From: Camelus ferus
Taxonomy: Eukaryota
NCBI RefSeq assembly: GCF_009834535.1
Contig: NC_045698.1
Span: 7,194,001-7,258,000, forward strand
Direction: 5' to 3'
DNA: 64,000 bases
Shown: positions 47,503-61,124 of the stretch, in pieces
How the letters are laid out: each line of letters starts with the position of its first letter
Numbering within the stretch: the stretch's first letter is position 1
Translations under genes and position numbers: made by a program
Notes under the pieces: generated by a model
Seen by the model: the letters and a program-made list of their open reading frames with translations, nothing else
What the model was told of the DNA's origin: nothing
The model's database searches: none

Positions 47503-48185
47503 CAGTGATGTTTTTTTCCTAACAAGTCCTTATCTTTCATAGCTACATGCTGACGTTCGTTCCTACAGCTAAAAGGACCAGATGTCTGGGACTTTCCTAG
47601 TGGGTGGTGGTGGAGGTGAGGGGAGAGTGTCCAAGTGTTGACAGTATTGGAACTGAGTGGTTCCGGAGTGTCTTTTGTACTAGTCTTGCAACTTTTACAC
47701 ATGCTTGAGGTTTTCCACAATAAAAAGTTTTCAAACTTTCATTAAAATTTTTCACACTGTAAAAGTTTCCATTAACAAAGTTAGAAAAGATAGGGACTAA
47801 AAGAAGACACTATTCTCAACACAGAGGCTTTAGTATCTAGATAAAATATATGAAGAAGTATTAGAGATTAACAAGAAAAAGACAACCCCAATAGGAAAAT
47901 GCTCCAAAGATACAGACAGGCAATTCACAAAAGGGTAGGCCTGAATGGTCCATAAACATACGAAAAGATACTCAACCTCACTGGTATTTAAGGAAATGAT
48001 ACTAAGAATAACAAGTTGCCATTTCACCTCTCGCAGACTGGCAATAAGTCTGTTAACACCGGGAGTTGGTGCCCAGGTAGGGAAACGGGAGTGTAAACTG
48101 ATACACATTCTGGGAAACAGCCCGGCAAAGGCAATGATGAGCACACTCTGCAACTGGGTGTGTTCCCTAGAGAAATTCACACCCG

Positions 48186-48190
48186 TGCCT

Positions 48191-48229
<39 letters not shown>
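48186..48229. repeat. (TG)n microsatellite
   Basis: gtgcgtgtgcgtgtgtgtgtgtgtgt... seen directly. Confidence 0.9.
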
Positions 48230-48230
<1 letters not shown>

Positions 48231-48348
48231 ACTTGCGGTGGGTATGGAAGGGTGTTCTTGCCAGGATGTGGCAACAATTGCAAGCAATCTACCTGCCCAT
48301 GGTAGGGGTGGGGGAGGGTGGAAATGGGATACACTGTCATTTATTCAT

Positions 48349-48752
48349 TGTTGTGGGTTGAATTGTGTCCCCTAAAAAGATTCACGTCCTAACCCACAGA
48401 AACTGTGACTGCACCCTTATTTGGAAATAGGGTTTTTGCAGAAGTAATCAGGTAAAGACGAGGCCATCCTGGATGAGGGTAGGTGCTAATCTAATCAATG
48501 ACTGACGTCCTTATAAGACAGAAATTTGGATACAGACACAGACACACAGGAGAGACAGCCATGTGAAGACACAGGCAGAGGTTGGAGTCATGCTGCTACA
48601 AGCCACCGCCAGAAGCTGGGAGAGAGACCAGGGCTCTGCCAACACCTTCATTTCAGATTTCTGGCCTCCAGACAGTGAGAGAATAAATTTCTGTTGTCTG
48701 AAGTCACCCAGTTTGTGGTAATTTGTTACAGCAGCCATGGGAAACTAACACA
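48349..48752 (+). mobile_element. MaLR MLT1B/C-like solo LTR
   Basis: tgttgtgggttgaattgtgtcccc...cttatttggaaatagggt...gagaataaatttctgttg...gcagccatgggaaactaacaca. Confidence 0.8.
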
Positions 48753-50583
48753 CTCCTAAAAAGAATATTACAGAGCAGTTCAATGAACGAACTACATACA
48801 TCTTTATCAATACGATAAATCTCCAAACCATAATGCTGTATAAACAATGATGGCTTTTTAATGCTAAGTAAATACAACCCCGCCAATAATATATATTTTG
48901 TTAACAAATACACTGTAGGAAAAGTATAACACATGGGAATAAAACACAAAGCCATGAGACAGTGGTCACTGGCAGGTTAAGGGGATAGAGATTGCTGGCT
49001 TTAATTGTATTTGTTACATTTTATCTCTTTAAAAAGTTTTGATTTGAAGTACATAGGACAAAATGTTAATATCCTGTAAATCTGGGTTAATGTCATTAAT
49101 CTGGGTAAATCTGGATTAATAGCTTGTAAAATCATGTAATTATGGGTGGCTGTTACATTATATCTCAGACTTTCCAGAATATTCTAAATGTTCAAAACTA
49201 GAAATAAAATGATGAAATTTTCAATAAAGAGATTAAGAGCTAGTCATTTGATCAAAGAAAATCTGACTCTGTCGTTCATGGTTTCGCTTCCATCGGCCAC
49301 ATTATAGAACTACCGTCAGTAAGAGAAGTCAGCACAGTCTGGTGTCAGCAGCAGTACGTTCCAGGCCCCCCCCCCCGCCCACTGTTGAGAACAGATTCCT
49401 CAGGCCGGGCTCTTACCTGGGCTGTCCTGTGAGGATGCCAGACCACGGGAAATAAGCAGCCTTGAATCAGACTCTTCCCACTTCACCTTCAGTGGATACC
49501 CACTTCCAAAAGGAAAGTTTGCAGCCAAGACAGCCACTCTCTGGACTGATCCGGAAAGGTTTTTCTCCCGCAGAAAGGGCTGGTGGCAGGAGAGGCCTGG
49601 CGGTGCCACATATGAAGGCTGGACCCCTGCCAGAGCTTTCACGTGACAGGGCAGCCAAGCCCAGCCTGCGTGTGGACTTTATCCCCTCGTGGGCAAGAGC
49701 CTTGGCAAATGTACCCCGGACACTACCGACTGTACCATACATCAGTTTTCTATATCTAGGTTTCTGGATTTGGGCTCTTTTCCCTCCCAAATGACACACT
49801 TGTTAAAACCTAGTTTTCTGAAGTAAAATTATGACACTCATGCAGTTATAAAAATGAATTCATGGTCAGGACTGTATTTTACTCATATGATAGGAGGAAA
49901 TAAGGCAGATGTTACAACTGGTTCTAAGAAGAAAAGAAAAGAGCACAAATTTACATGGAGTACAGGAATGTTGAGATGAATTGTAAACAGTGACAAAACA
50001 GAATTTTCCACAGGAGGGGAGGAAGCCAATCAATTCTCTACCAGACAGGACAGGATTCACAAACCTATTAGTTACCCCCGACTTTCATAAAGCTGCAAAG
50101 CAGCTCCAATACAATGAACAGGGCTAGGATCAGACAGCCCGGAAGGGTGTGCTACAGCCGATGGACACTTTTCCACTGAAACAGAGTTTCTTCTATGACA
50201 TTATAAGTCACCGTGAATGGTAAGGTGTCCTCCTGTAAGGGGACGGGACTGCTGCTCTGACACGTACGGTGGGGTCCTCATAAAATGTACCAAGAAGGGC
50301 TTTTCTGTATCATGGCCGGTGGGCTTGGCAACACGTCCCAGCCACCCCGAGATCAGATCTGTGTCTCCACAAGGGACGCCTCCAGAAGTCAGGGTCCTCT
50401 TCATGACATCAGCGGTGGCCAGGACATGCTCCAGCAGAGGAGACCCTGATGGCCACGTTTTTGGCGATGCCACCCTGAATGCAGCACTAAAGCGCACGGT
50501 TCCCCCACAACATGCATGCAAGACCCCACACGTTGTGAGTGATTGTGAGCCCCATCCGCCACAGACTGACTTTTACAGTTTCT

Positions 50584-51016
50584 TGACAAAGATTCTCTCC
50601 TTGACCTACCGAATTCTAGTCAGGATCCTCTGCACTCTCTTTGCAGCTAAGCCCTGATTCTTGGGTTTCATCCTGTTTTAGTAAGACTCTTGCTAAGTTA
50701 GTTTAGCAGAACCCCCCACCCTCCATATCTGACCCGGTTCCTCATCCTTCTCCACCCCCAGGTGATGTCTGATCGCCCTGGCTTGTCTGCCACAAGAATC
50801 CTGTTAGGTCGGCTTAGCCAGACCCCCGTTATCCCATCCACTGACCCCCTCTTTTCCTTGGCTAGAAACTCCCACTTTTCCTTGTTGTATTCAGGGTGGA
50901 TGCCACTGTCTCTCTCCTACTGCAAAATCCCACTGGAGTGGTCACAGTGGTCCTGAGTAAGGTCTGCCTGACCGTTTTTTAACAAGGGTCACAAATGAAT
51001 AATTTTTCCTTTAACA
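50584..51016 (+). mobile_element. ERV solo LTR (same family as 33573-33946)
   Basis: tgacaaagattctc...tttcctttaaca. Confidence 0.65.
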
Positions 51017-51271
51017 CCCCCCAGCCTTGCTTCACACAGCAAACGTCTCCACAAAATTACAAGTCAAGGCCCCTGGGGATCACTGGTGCATGTTTCATCT
51101 GCAGATTCCAAGGGGCTACCACACCCTCCTTCCTCTCCAAAGATGGACCTTCCTGGGGGCATTCCTTTACTGCATACAAATTTGTGCCTCTTGACTTCTC
51201 TTTTTGAACAAGTTAAAACATCTGACTGGTTTCCTCTTTAATGAATCAAATAGAATCTTTAACACATGCCC

Positions 51272-51430
51272 TTTTTTTTTATTTTTTAAAACAAATTTTA
51301 ATGTAGGTACTGGGGATTGAACCCAGGACCTCGTGCATGCTAAGCATGCGCTCTACCACTGAGCTATACCTATCCTTGCCTTTTTTTTTTTTAATTGAAG
51401 TATAGTTGGTTTACAATGTTGTGTTAATTT
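51272..51430 (-). mobile_element. Vic-1-like SINE (51272-51375) abutting a short L1 3' tail (51381-51430)
   Basis: Antisense SINE ggtactggggattgaacccaggacc...ctgagctatacc, followed by tttttttaattgaagtatagttggtttacaatgttgtg. Confidence 0.8.
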
Positions 51431-52699
51431 CACATGTTCATTTTTACATCTGCATTAGAGTCATGATTCTGCCTTTGGCTCAAATTTATCTTTTAACTGG
51501 GTAACTGAACAACATTCCCCTTTCTCACTCGAGGGCAGAAGGTGAAAAACAGGTGGTAAAGTACGGCTGAGCTATCATGGTTTCCTGCTCCCATGCCCCC
51601 AAGCATTGAAATAACTCAGAAGTCAGACTTTCCAAGGCAAGGAAATTCTCCAACAGAAACAGAGAAACAGATTTTTTTTTCCAGAGAAAAAGATTTTGAC
51701 AAGCAAAGGGGATTGTAACAAGCAAAGAAGTCTAGGAATGAAGTGCTGGCAGCCTCAGAGATTTAGAAATGGAAACCACCTGCAAGGACATGGAAAGTGA
51801 CACTGGGAGATAATACAGGACCACGACGGTGGCTACAGGGCAAGGCTGGGGGCTTTCCTTTTCTGGGTAAACACTGTAACTTGCATGGCAATTGGTCAGC
51901 AGGGAAGGCAGGGTCCTCCTTATCCTTAGATGGTTCTATGAACATCTAACGCCTCCAATTATTTTTATTTTTCAGTAATCATGCTTGTATTTTCCATAGG
52001 GCACCCAGTCTTGACAGCATTAATTAATTAGAAAGCTAAGCGTGATGAGGCCGGATTGGCCCGCCAACTTGCCCATCAAGCGGCTGCCTTTGGCCTTTTC
52101 TTGGACTGTTGCGAGGCCTGGATGGCATTTCCCTGCATATCCACAGGGCTTACTTCTCACCACCTTACTTTAAATGGGCTTTGAAAACAACAGGTGGCAT
52201 TTCCATCAGCAAGTAACCCTAAATCGCAGTGCCCCGTGTTAGCAAGGCCTGGGAGAGGCCACAGAGTCGCCTCCTGACCCACATGGCTGAGAAGGGACTG
52301 TACAGTCTTTCCTGGAAGCCCGTATCCACCACCCAGGGCGTCACACTCCTAGACCCGGCACCTCGTCTCTTCGTGTCCATCCGTGATACGTGCTGCAAAA
52401 TGGGGATAATGCTCTGGACGAAATACGTTCACCGCCCCCGCACCCACACTTGTATATTAGTGGTAAAAACCATACAGCCGAAATGCTCAACTGTAGGAAA
52501 ACAGTCACAACGAGCAATGACACGGAGGAAAGGTTTGTGACATGGTGTTACGTGGGGAAAAGGAATACAACTTTATATACAGTATGATTTCAACTATGTT
52601 TTAAAAATATACTGGTAAACAATATGCCGAAGTGGGATGGCGGGGGTGGCTTTTCTGCCACGACAATGTGCTACTTTGAGAAAAGCAGGCGTAGAACAT

Positions 52700-53165
52700 G
52701 GACTTTGACAGGTTCACTGCCTGTGCACATGGCGAAGGCCGCCTCCGCCTCCTGCAAAAGCACGCGCAAACGCGGGCAGAGCCGGGCTGCGGCGCGCCTG
52801 CGGGCGCGTGAGGCGCACATACCTCGTCCCGCCGCCGGAAGACCGCCGTCCTTGCGCGCGGGAGGCCGGGCCGGAGCGGGCAGGGCTGCAGCCCCGCGGG
52901 ACCCGGGGCAGACCGTCAGGGGCGTCCGAGTGGGAGGCGCCTCCTTCCGGGACGGAAGTGGACGCGGTGACGGAGGGCGGCGGGATCGCGCGGGCCGGCG
53001 GCGGTCCCGGATTCCCAGCCTCCGGGAAGGCTGGAGCCGGAGGGAGGGGCGGGGAGGGAGGCCAGGAGGGAGGGGAAGGAGGCCAGGAGGGAGGGGAGGA
53101 GGGAGGGAGGGAGGAGGAAGGTGGGGGAGGGAGGTCCGGAGGATGGAGACAGCCCGCCTGTGAAA
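52700..53165 (-). promoter_or_regulatory. CMBL: CMBL promoter CpG island with probable non-coding exon 1 (about 52960 to 52823)
   Basis: CpG-dense island; strong minus-strand donor GAG|GTATGT (exon ends 52823); ETS-like CGGAAGTG near 52953-52960; first coding exon has an acceptor 19 nt before its ATG, so an upstream UTR exon is required. Confidence 0.75.
53035..53140. repeat. Purine-rich GGA/GGGA low-complexity tract
   Basis: ggagggaggggcggggagggaggccaggagggaggggaaggaggccaggagggaggggagg... seen directly. Confidence 0.8.
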
Positions 53166-54874
53166 TGTACATGTGTGCCTGGCTCCTGAGATCTGTAACT
53201 TATTATTGTAAATCAAAATGAGGCTATTTAAAAAAAATAAGAAATGATTCCATAGTCATACTTCACCTCCCCCTCATCCCTTCTACATATTTTGGTCACC
53301 TAAGATTGTGATAACCAATTCAGTTGGCTACAGAGGAAGTTTAAGAAAGGCAACAGGAAGAAATGTTGATTAGGAAAAGAACTGACAGCAAGAAAAGGAC
53401 CCGCAGTATCCTGATGCCACGATAATTTAAGCAAAAGTCTTATGACCGGAGAGACAGAACCTTATTAATTAAGACATTTCTAATTGGAAAATGGGTGACT
53501 TCAGACTGAAGGTGACCTTTTTCTAAAGAGATCTTTTCTGCAGAGAGATGGTAAATCCATAATATAAAAAAGACCAGGGTGGTAAGGTTTGTGAGACTAA
53601 TCTGTTAAAGGGTGATTTTCAGGAAAAGGTAAAATCCTGATGCTCACACAGATGTAAAAATGACAGTTGTTAAGGATTTTGTAATACTCATTAATTAATG
53701 AGAAAGCCAGGCAGGTGTTAAAACTGGTTCAAAAGAAAGCTTTTCTAAAAAGCGCTTGCATGTATGGAGTAAAGGAGTGTTGAAATGAAAATGCAGATGG
53801 AGGCAAAATGGGCATTTTTCACAGAGTGGGGAAGGAGGGCAATTAAACCTCATCAGCCAGAACAGAATTTGCTTGTCTATCATCTATCTACGACTTACAG
53901 GTTGTAAAATAGCTCCAAAATATTGAAAGACAAGAATTAGATAGCCTTGTGGGTGGAGGGGTGACCTCTAAGTTTCCATTAAACACAAACTTGTTTCTAT
54001 AAGACTGTTCCGCAGCATCTTCCAGCATCGTGGAAGTACCACTTACATGGAAAGACTAGATGTGACTGATTATACATCATTTTCTCTATTTGCTAAATTT
54101 AGCTCCCCAAGCATCATTACTAAGTTATTTATTAACACATTAATATGAGGGATTTCATATTCACAACTCTATGCCTTGCCAAAGTTTGCTAGCCCGGTGT
54201 TAAATTTATGTATGTACTTAAAATAAGTTTTTAAAAAGTTGCCTCGGGATCAGTCTCAACTGGCAGAGCTGTGCTGTGGATTCGCATTTTATGAGGCAGG
54301 CCTAGATGATGAAATGCACCCTGCCACAGCAATCAAAAACAATTTATACCTGTTTTCCTAAAACTATCTCGCACATCCCTCCTGCAGTCCACAGTCTACA
54401 CTTCGTCTTAACTTGCACCTTCCCCAGGAGCCTGGCTGGAATCTTCCTTGCCCTGCCCCTTCCTCCCTGCAGGTTTTCACACTTCGGGGAAGAGGGCTGC
54501 CCTCTCTCTTTCCATTTATGCAAATCCTTTCCAGCTTTTAGAATTCCTCTCCATGAAGATTGCTTAAGTGCCACAACTCTTGATTTTCCCTAATCTGTGC
54601 TCCTAAAAAAAGATTCCTTTGGCATTTTGTACTACAAACAGGGTCACTGGATCATGTATCATCTTCTAGTTGATGAAAACGCTGCTTTCACAAGTGTAGG
54701 AACCTGAAATTTCTCAAGGCAGAGGCTGTGACTGTTTTGCCCTTAAAACACCTGAGCCAATGCGTGGATACCTCCTATTCCTAACTCCTTACCCTAAATG
54801 GAAGATGTATCTCTTCTCTTGAGACTCAGGTTTCCTTAACTGTAAAATGAGGGATTACACTAGATTTGGCTCTG

Positions 54875-55240
54875 AAACTTTAGTGTGCATCAGAATCCCC
54901 TGAAGAGTCTGTTAAACCACAGAGTGCTGGGCCCCAAACACAGAGCCTCTGATTCAGGAGGTCCATGGGGGACCTTAGGAATTTATGTGTCTGACAAGAT
55001 CCTGGGTGATGACGCTGATGCTCTTGGTCCAAGGACCACATTTTGGGAATCACCAGACCAGAATCACAGTGACGAGCAAACCCTCTTTGCTGACCATCAA
55101 AACCACTTAAGGAACTTGTAAAATTCAGATGTCCTGACCTCAGACCTACTGAACCAGAATCTTTAGGGGTGGCACTGAGGAATTCATATTTCAAGAAATC
55201 TCCTTAGATGACTCTTATGATGGAACAATTTTAGGACCCA
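54875..55240. mobile_element. Two MER5-like hAT DNA transposon relics
   Basis: gtgtgcatcagaatcccctgaag...tctgattcagga and cagacctactgaaccagaatct. Confidence 0.6.
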
Positions 55241-56580
55241 GTTGAATTAGATAATTTACACAGGCCATGTCAGTGTCAATCTTCCATAAATTTATGTTAC
55301 AGATTCAGCAAGAAAAGCCTGGCTGGAGGAGGGCAGGTGCAACTCTCAGGATAAAATATCCCTAATAGCTCAATCAAACTGGAAACATACAATAAAAGGG
55401 AATCCTAGGAAGTATAGCTCAGCCTAGCCCACTGGGCACATCAACAAACCACCCCACCGTACCTGGATACCCTCCAGCCCTCCCCACTGCAAAGGTGCAA
55501 AGGTTATCCTGCTAGAGATACGTTGGTTCCACATTAAAAAGAGTCCTTCATGTGCCAGTCTGAAACATCTGCAGTTGAATTATTTTACTGCCTTGGGATT
55601 TCTCCAAAATAATGGGTAGATATTTTTAAAAATATCTGAATAAGTAAAAGAAGTCACTGAAAGTGTTATCTCCCAGAACAAAGTTGATGACCAGCTCTAA
55701 ACATAAATTCTTGATTCAATCTTAAAAGGCACAAAATGCTTACAACGCACAAAATGGCAGTTTTCATCTTCACCAATTTTAGTTCCAAACTCCTCTGGAA
55801 AATTCATCACACAAGTTAATACTTAACCCTGGCTCTAAAAAAAATTTTTTTTAAGTTCCATTTTTGTAGAAACTCAGCGTAAATGAATACTAGGGTTTCA
55901 CAGAGTTCCTTAATAAATTAAAGAGCTGTGACTCAGCAGGATGACAGCTGGTTATCCCTCCAAGATTGTTTTATTTTTTATTATGAAATAAGGAACTCAA
56001 TTCCAGGGACTGAGTGAACCCAAGCTGAATTAACAAAAGGGGCAAAGGCAAAGTTAAACAAGACTGCTGACTCAGCTCAAGCCCTGTGATTAACCCTGAC
56101 CTTGAAGGCAAGGTCAGGAAAAGTATCCCATGGAACTGTTCCTCTAAAGAAATTTTGGAGCAAAATCAGAAAAAGTGCTGGTGTGTTTGAGAACATCTCC
56201 CAGCGATACCTGAGGGAGAACAGATTGCAGGTCATCTGTCAGGCTTACTTGCTCACCACCTACCCCGTGAACGCGCTGCAGGCAGTCATCTGGGAAAGCA
56301 CTGAGCTCTGGGTGCAGAGCAGGCGTTGCTGCTGGAGGCAGGTCAGGGGGCTGGGTAGAAAAGACAGCTGGTTTCCAGAAGATTCTTCAGCCAGGGAGCC
56401 ATCTTGTACCCCTCCAAGACAGAATGCCTAAATTAGCTTTCTTTTTTCACTCTTTACTATGAAAACTTACAAATATGTGGACAAATAGAAAGAAAAGCAC
56501 AGTAGATTCCCACATATGCCAAACCTAGATAGAATTATTGTTACTATTTTGCTAAATTTGCTTCATTCATTTCTGTTTTT

Positions 56581-57145
56581 TTTTAATTGAAGTACAGTCA
56601 GTTACAATGTGTCAATTTCTGATGTACAGCATAACTTCCCAGCCATGCATATACATACATATATTCATTTTCATATTTTTTATTAAAGGTTATTACAAGA
56701 TATTGAATATAGTTCCCTGTGCTATACAGAAGGAACTTTTAAAATTTATTTTTATATATAGTGGCTAACATTTGTAAATCTCGAACTCCCAAATTTATCC
56801 CTTCCTACCCACTTTCCCTGGTAACCATAAGATTGTTTACTATGTCTGTGAGTCTGTTTCTGTTTTGTAGATGAATTCATAGTGTCCTTTTTTTTTTTAG
56901 ATTCCACATATGAGTGATATCATATGATGTTTTTCTTTCTCTTTCTGGCTTACTTCACTTAGAATGACGAACTCTAGGTCCAACTATGTGCTGCAAATGG
57001 CATTATTTTATTCTTTTGTATGGCTGCGTAGTATTCCATTGTATAAATATACCACAACTTCTTTATCCAGTCATCTGTCAGTGGACATTTATGTTGCTTC
57101 CATGTCTTGGCTATTGTATGTAGTGCTGCTATGAACATTGGAGTG
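56581..57145 (-). mobile_element. Young 5'-truncated L1 insertion
   Basis: Antisense L1 3' end with a perfect 17-bp TSD cattcatttctgttttt at 56564-56580 and 57146-57162. Confidence 0.85.
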
Positions 57146-58305
57146 CATTCATTTCTGTTTTTGCTGAAGTGTATGAATTATAGACTACATGACATTTCAC
57201 CCTTAAATAATTGTGTGGTCGTCAGCCTCCAAGATGACCCCTAATATGCCCTGCCTCTGGGCTTTCACAGCTATGAGAGTCCCCTCCCACATTGTACAGG
57301 GTTGGTCTGTGTGATCAGTCTAATATAGAAATAGTGATGGTCTGTCTTGTCTGGAATTAAGTTACAAAAGACATCGTGGCTGCTTCCATCTTGTGTTCTC
57401 TCTCTCCCTCTCCCTCTCCCTCTCATCACTCACTCTGGGGGAAGTCAGGTGCCAGGTCACGGAGAGGCCCGTGTGGCAAAGAAAGCCTCGTGGACCCAGG
57501 CCCTCCAGCCCTAGTCAAATGTCAGATGATCGCAACCTCCCAGGAATATTTCAACGGCAGCCTCCTGAGAGACCCCACGTCAGAACCGCAGGCTAAGCCA
57601 CTCCCAGATTCCCAATCCTCAGAAACTGTGCAAAATACTAATTTCTATTGTTAAGTGGCCAAGTCTGGGGCTAAGCGGAGAGTACAGTCATTACAGTAGT
57701 CCGCAATTTGACACCTGCAGGCGAGGGGCTGTGACAGAAACCGAAAATGTGGAAATGGCTTTGGCCCTGGGCGGTGGGCTTTGTGGAGTGTATTGGTCAA
57801 AGCCGAAAGTACCTTAAGGAGGCTGTTAATAAAAGAGGCAAGGTTTTTGAAGAGTCAGGTAAAAGCTTGCAGGAAAGTGAGGGCAGTGCTGTTGGAAACT
57901 GGAGGAAGGGGGTTCTGGTAATCCATTGCCGGAAGTGGGTGGAAGAAGATGCCCCAGTAAATGCGGGATCTAATCAAGGAGATGCAGAGCCAGGGGGTCA
58001 CCAGGGCAGCCTGGTTTCTTCCAGCTGTTAAGATGTCAGAGCAGAGTGAGGAATGAACGGAAGGGTGGTTAAGCACAAAGGAGCTAGGACCCGACAGCCA
58101 GATGACAAATCGTGCTGGTATTAGGGAATGGCTTCCAAGCAAAAATCCAAATTCAGGGCCCTGCCAGGAAAACTGTGATCCACAGATAAACCCTAGAGTG
58201 TGCCTATAAATCAGTTTTAAAAAATTTCAGAAAGCTATAAAGCCATACCCCAGAGTACTATTGTCAGACATAAGGCCCTCTAAAGAGATTTAATGTGTGC
58301 CTCAC

Positions 58306-58650
58306 TGCCGTGGTCTGAATGTTTGTGTGTCCCCCAGATTCACATGTCGAAATCCTAACCCCCAACATGGTAGTATTAAGTGGTGGGGTGCTTGGGAAAT
58401 GCCTAGATCATAAGGGTAGAGCCCCCCTGAATGGGATTAGTGCTCTTGTAAAAGACCCCGAAGAGCTGTCTAGCCCTTCCCACCACGTAAGGACACAGGA
58501 GAAGTCAGCGACCTGGAGGAGGACCCTCACCAGAACCCAGCCACTCTGGCAAGACTTCCAGCTTCCAGAACTGTGAGAAATAAATTTCTGTTGTTTTTAA
58601 ACTACTCAGTCTGCGATGTTTTATTGTAGCAGCCCGGATGGACTGAGACG
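58306..58650 (+). mobile_element. MLT1A/MST-like LTR nested in the MaLR internal region
   Basis: tgccgtggtctgaatgtttgtgtgtccccc...gtgagaaataaatttctgttg...gcagcccggatggactgaga. Confidence 0.75.
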
Positions 58651-59179
58651 CTCTCAGATTGAAGGTTAGTGCTCCCAGGAAGCTTGGCCCATCGCCCCTC
58701 TGCTGTCTGCGGAAGGGCTGATCTCAGAGAGATTTGTGGGTGTCGCCCTTGTTTAATGGGGTAGATCCCAGAGAGATTTGCAGAAAATCCATACAAGTTT
58801 AATCAGAATGATACGTACAGAATCAGCACTTACTTGGGCTGAAAGAGACAGAGACAGTACAAAATTAAAGGAGGGCTTTGGACCCTCAGAATTCTCCGAG
58901 CAGGAAGCAGGCTGAGAATATTACTCAGCTGCTAACACATGATACCTTTCATGAAAAAGGAAGGATGACTCAGAGGGAAGAAGCAGGAGCCCAGAGGGCA
59001 GCTGGGAGCCTTGGAGCAGGGCTCCCAAGCCTCGAGCCCTAATTAAGGAACTTAATGGCATTTGCTTGGGTCGATACGGACCAGCGACTTCCTCCTGCTC
59101 TCACATTCTCCCTTTTTGATCAGAAGGGCCCAGAGTGGTTATTCCACGCCTGTCCCATTGTGTGTTCAGTGGAGGAGGG

Positions 59180-59528
59180 TGCTACGAACTGAATATTTGT
59201 GTCTCCTGCAAGTTCATGTTGGAGCCCTAACCCCCAACGTGATGGTATTTGGAGGTAGTTAGGTTTAGATGCGGTCATGAAGGTGGAGTTCTCATGATGG
59301 AATTAGGACCATTATGAGGGGACCAGAGAACTAGTTCTCACTCTCTCTGTCGTGTAAGGATACAGTAAAAGGCAGCTAGCTCCAAGCCAGGGGGAGCGTC
59401 CTCACCAGAACTCAGTCACACTGGTGCCCTGATCTTTGACTTCCAGCCTGCAGCACTGTGAGGCATTAATGTCCGTTGTGTAAGCCACTAGCCTGTGGTA
59501 TTTTGTTACAGCAGCCCGAGCTGACTAA
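59180..59528 (+). mobile_element. MLT1A-like LTR nested in the MaLR internal region
   Basis: tgctacgaactgaatatttgtgtc...ccctaacccccaacgtgatggtatttggagg...gcagcccgagctgactaa. Confidence 0.75.
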
Positions 59529-60224
59529 TTTGGTCAGAGTTGGTGGGCAGATAATTTGTCAAGAAGAACAGTACTGGAAGAACTGGGTTTAAGGAACTAC
59601 AGTAAGACCCAGACCTGATTTACGTTATGAGATTCTGGATACTGAGCAGACGTTATAATAGGATGAAATTCCCGGGGACTCAGGAAGGGGTTGACTATAC
59701 TCTGTGTGTAGAAAGGGTATGAATCTTTGGGGGACTGTGGCGGTCTGCAAGTTGGCCCCCAGTGAGTCCCACCTCCTGGTGTGTGCACTCTCTGTAGTCC
59801 TTCCCCCACAGCGGACCACAGTGAGTCTGCCTGAGCAGAGGCACACCGGAGGAGTGGTGGTAGGTCACTTCTGATATTAATGTATTTTTCTAGGTGTGCC
59901 CTAGCTCTCTTTCTCACTGTTAGATCATTTTCTCTGGGAGAAGCCAACAGCCCTATGAAGAGGCCCATGTGGTGAAGAACTGAGGCTGTTGGCCAAAGTC
60001 AGCAATGAACAGAGGCTTCTTTCCAACAAAGGGAAAACAAGCCACCTGGGCCATCTTGGACACAGATCCTCTAGCCCAGTCAAGTTTCAGATGACTGCGG
60101 TCTGGCTGGCATCCGGACAGTAACCTCCTGAGAGGCCCTGAACCAGAACCACCTGCACAGCCACTCCCAGATGCCTGACTCCCAGAAGCTGTATGAAATA
60201 CTGCATTTTTTTAAAGTCACTATG

Positions 60225-61086
60225 TGTATTAACCATGTGTTTCTGACGTTTTGATCTCTGGGGCCTTGCTGACCCTGGAAAGACTGTCTCTCCCATGGTT
60301 ACCAATTCCCAGGGAAAGAATGTGCCTTTCTTGCACACGTGAAAAGATGCTCCACGTCACTAGTCATCAGGGAAATGCAAATCAAAAACACACTGAGATA
60401 TCATCTCACGCCTGTCAAAACGGCCATCATCAAAAAGAACACAAATAACAAATGTTGGTGAGGATGTGGAGAAAAGGGAACTCTCTTACACCATTGGTGG
60501 AAATGTAAGCTGGTGCAGCCACTGAGGAAAACAGTATGGAGGTTTCTCAGAAAACTAAAAATAGAACTAACATATGACCCAGCAATTCCACTCCTGAGTA
60601 TATATCTGAAGGAAACAAAAACACCAATTTGAAAAGATGCATGCCTCCCAATGCATTATTTACAACTGCCAAGATATGGAAAAAACCTAAGTGTCCATCA
60701 ATGGATGAATGGATAAAGAAGATGTGGTATAATGTGGAATTTAAAAGAAAAAAAAAAGACTAATGAACTTATTTACAAAGCAGAAACAAACTCAACAAAT
60801 TTATGGTTACCAGACGTGGAAAGGTGTGGGAAGGGATAAATTGGGAGTTTGAGATTTGCAGATACTAACTACTATATATAAAATAGATAAGCAGGTTTAT
60901 TCTGTATAGCACAGGGAACTATATTCAAAATCTTGTAGTAACTAATGGTGAAAGAGAATATAAAGACAAATATATGTATGTTCCTATACGACTGAAGTAT
61001 TGTGCTGTGCACCAGAAACTGACACAACATTGTCAACTGACTATACGTCTATAAAAATATTTTTTAAAAGATGTGATACACACATA

Positions 61087-61124
<38 letters not shown>

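Noticed and set aside
52624..53221. Four overlapping Arg/Gly/Pro-rich ORFs (137-181 aa)
   Set aside because: A product of stop-codon depletion in the CMBL CpG island and GA-rich tract.
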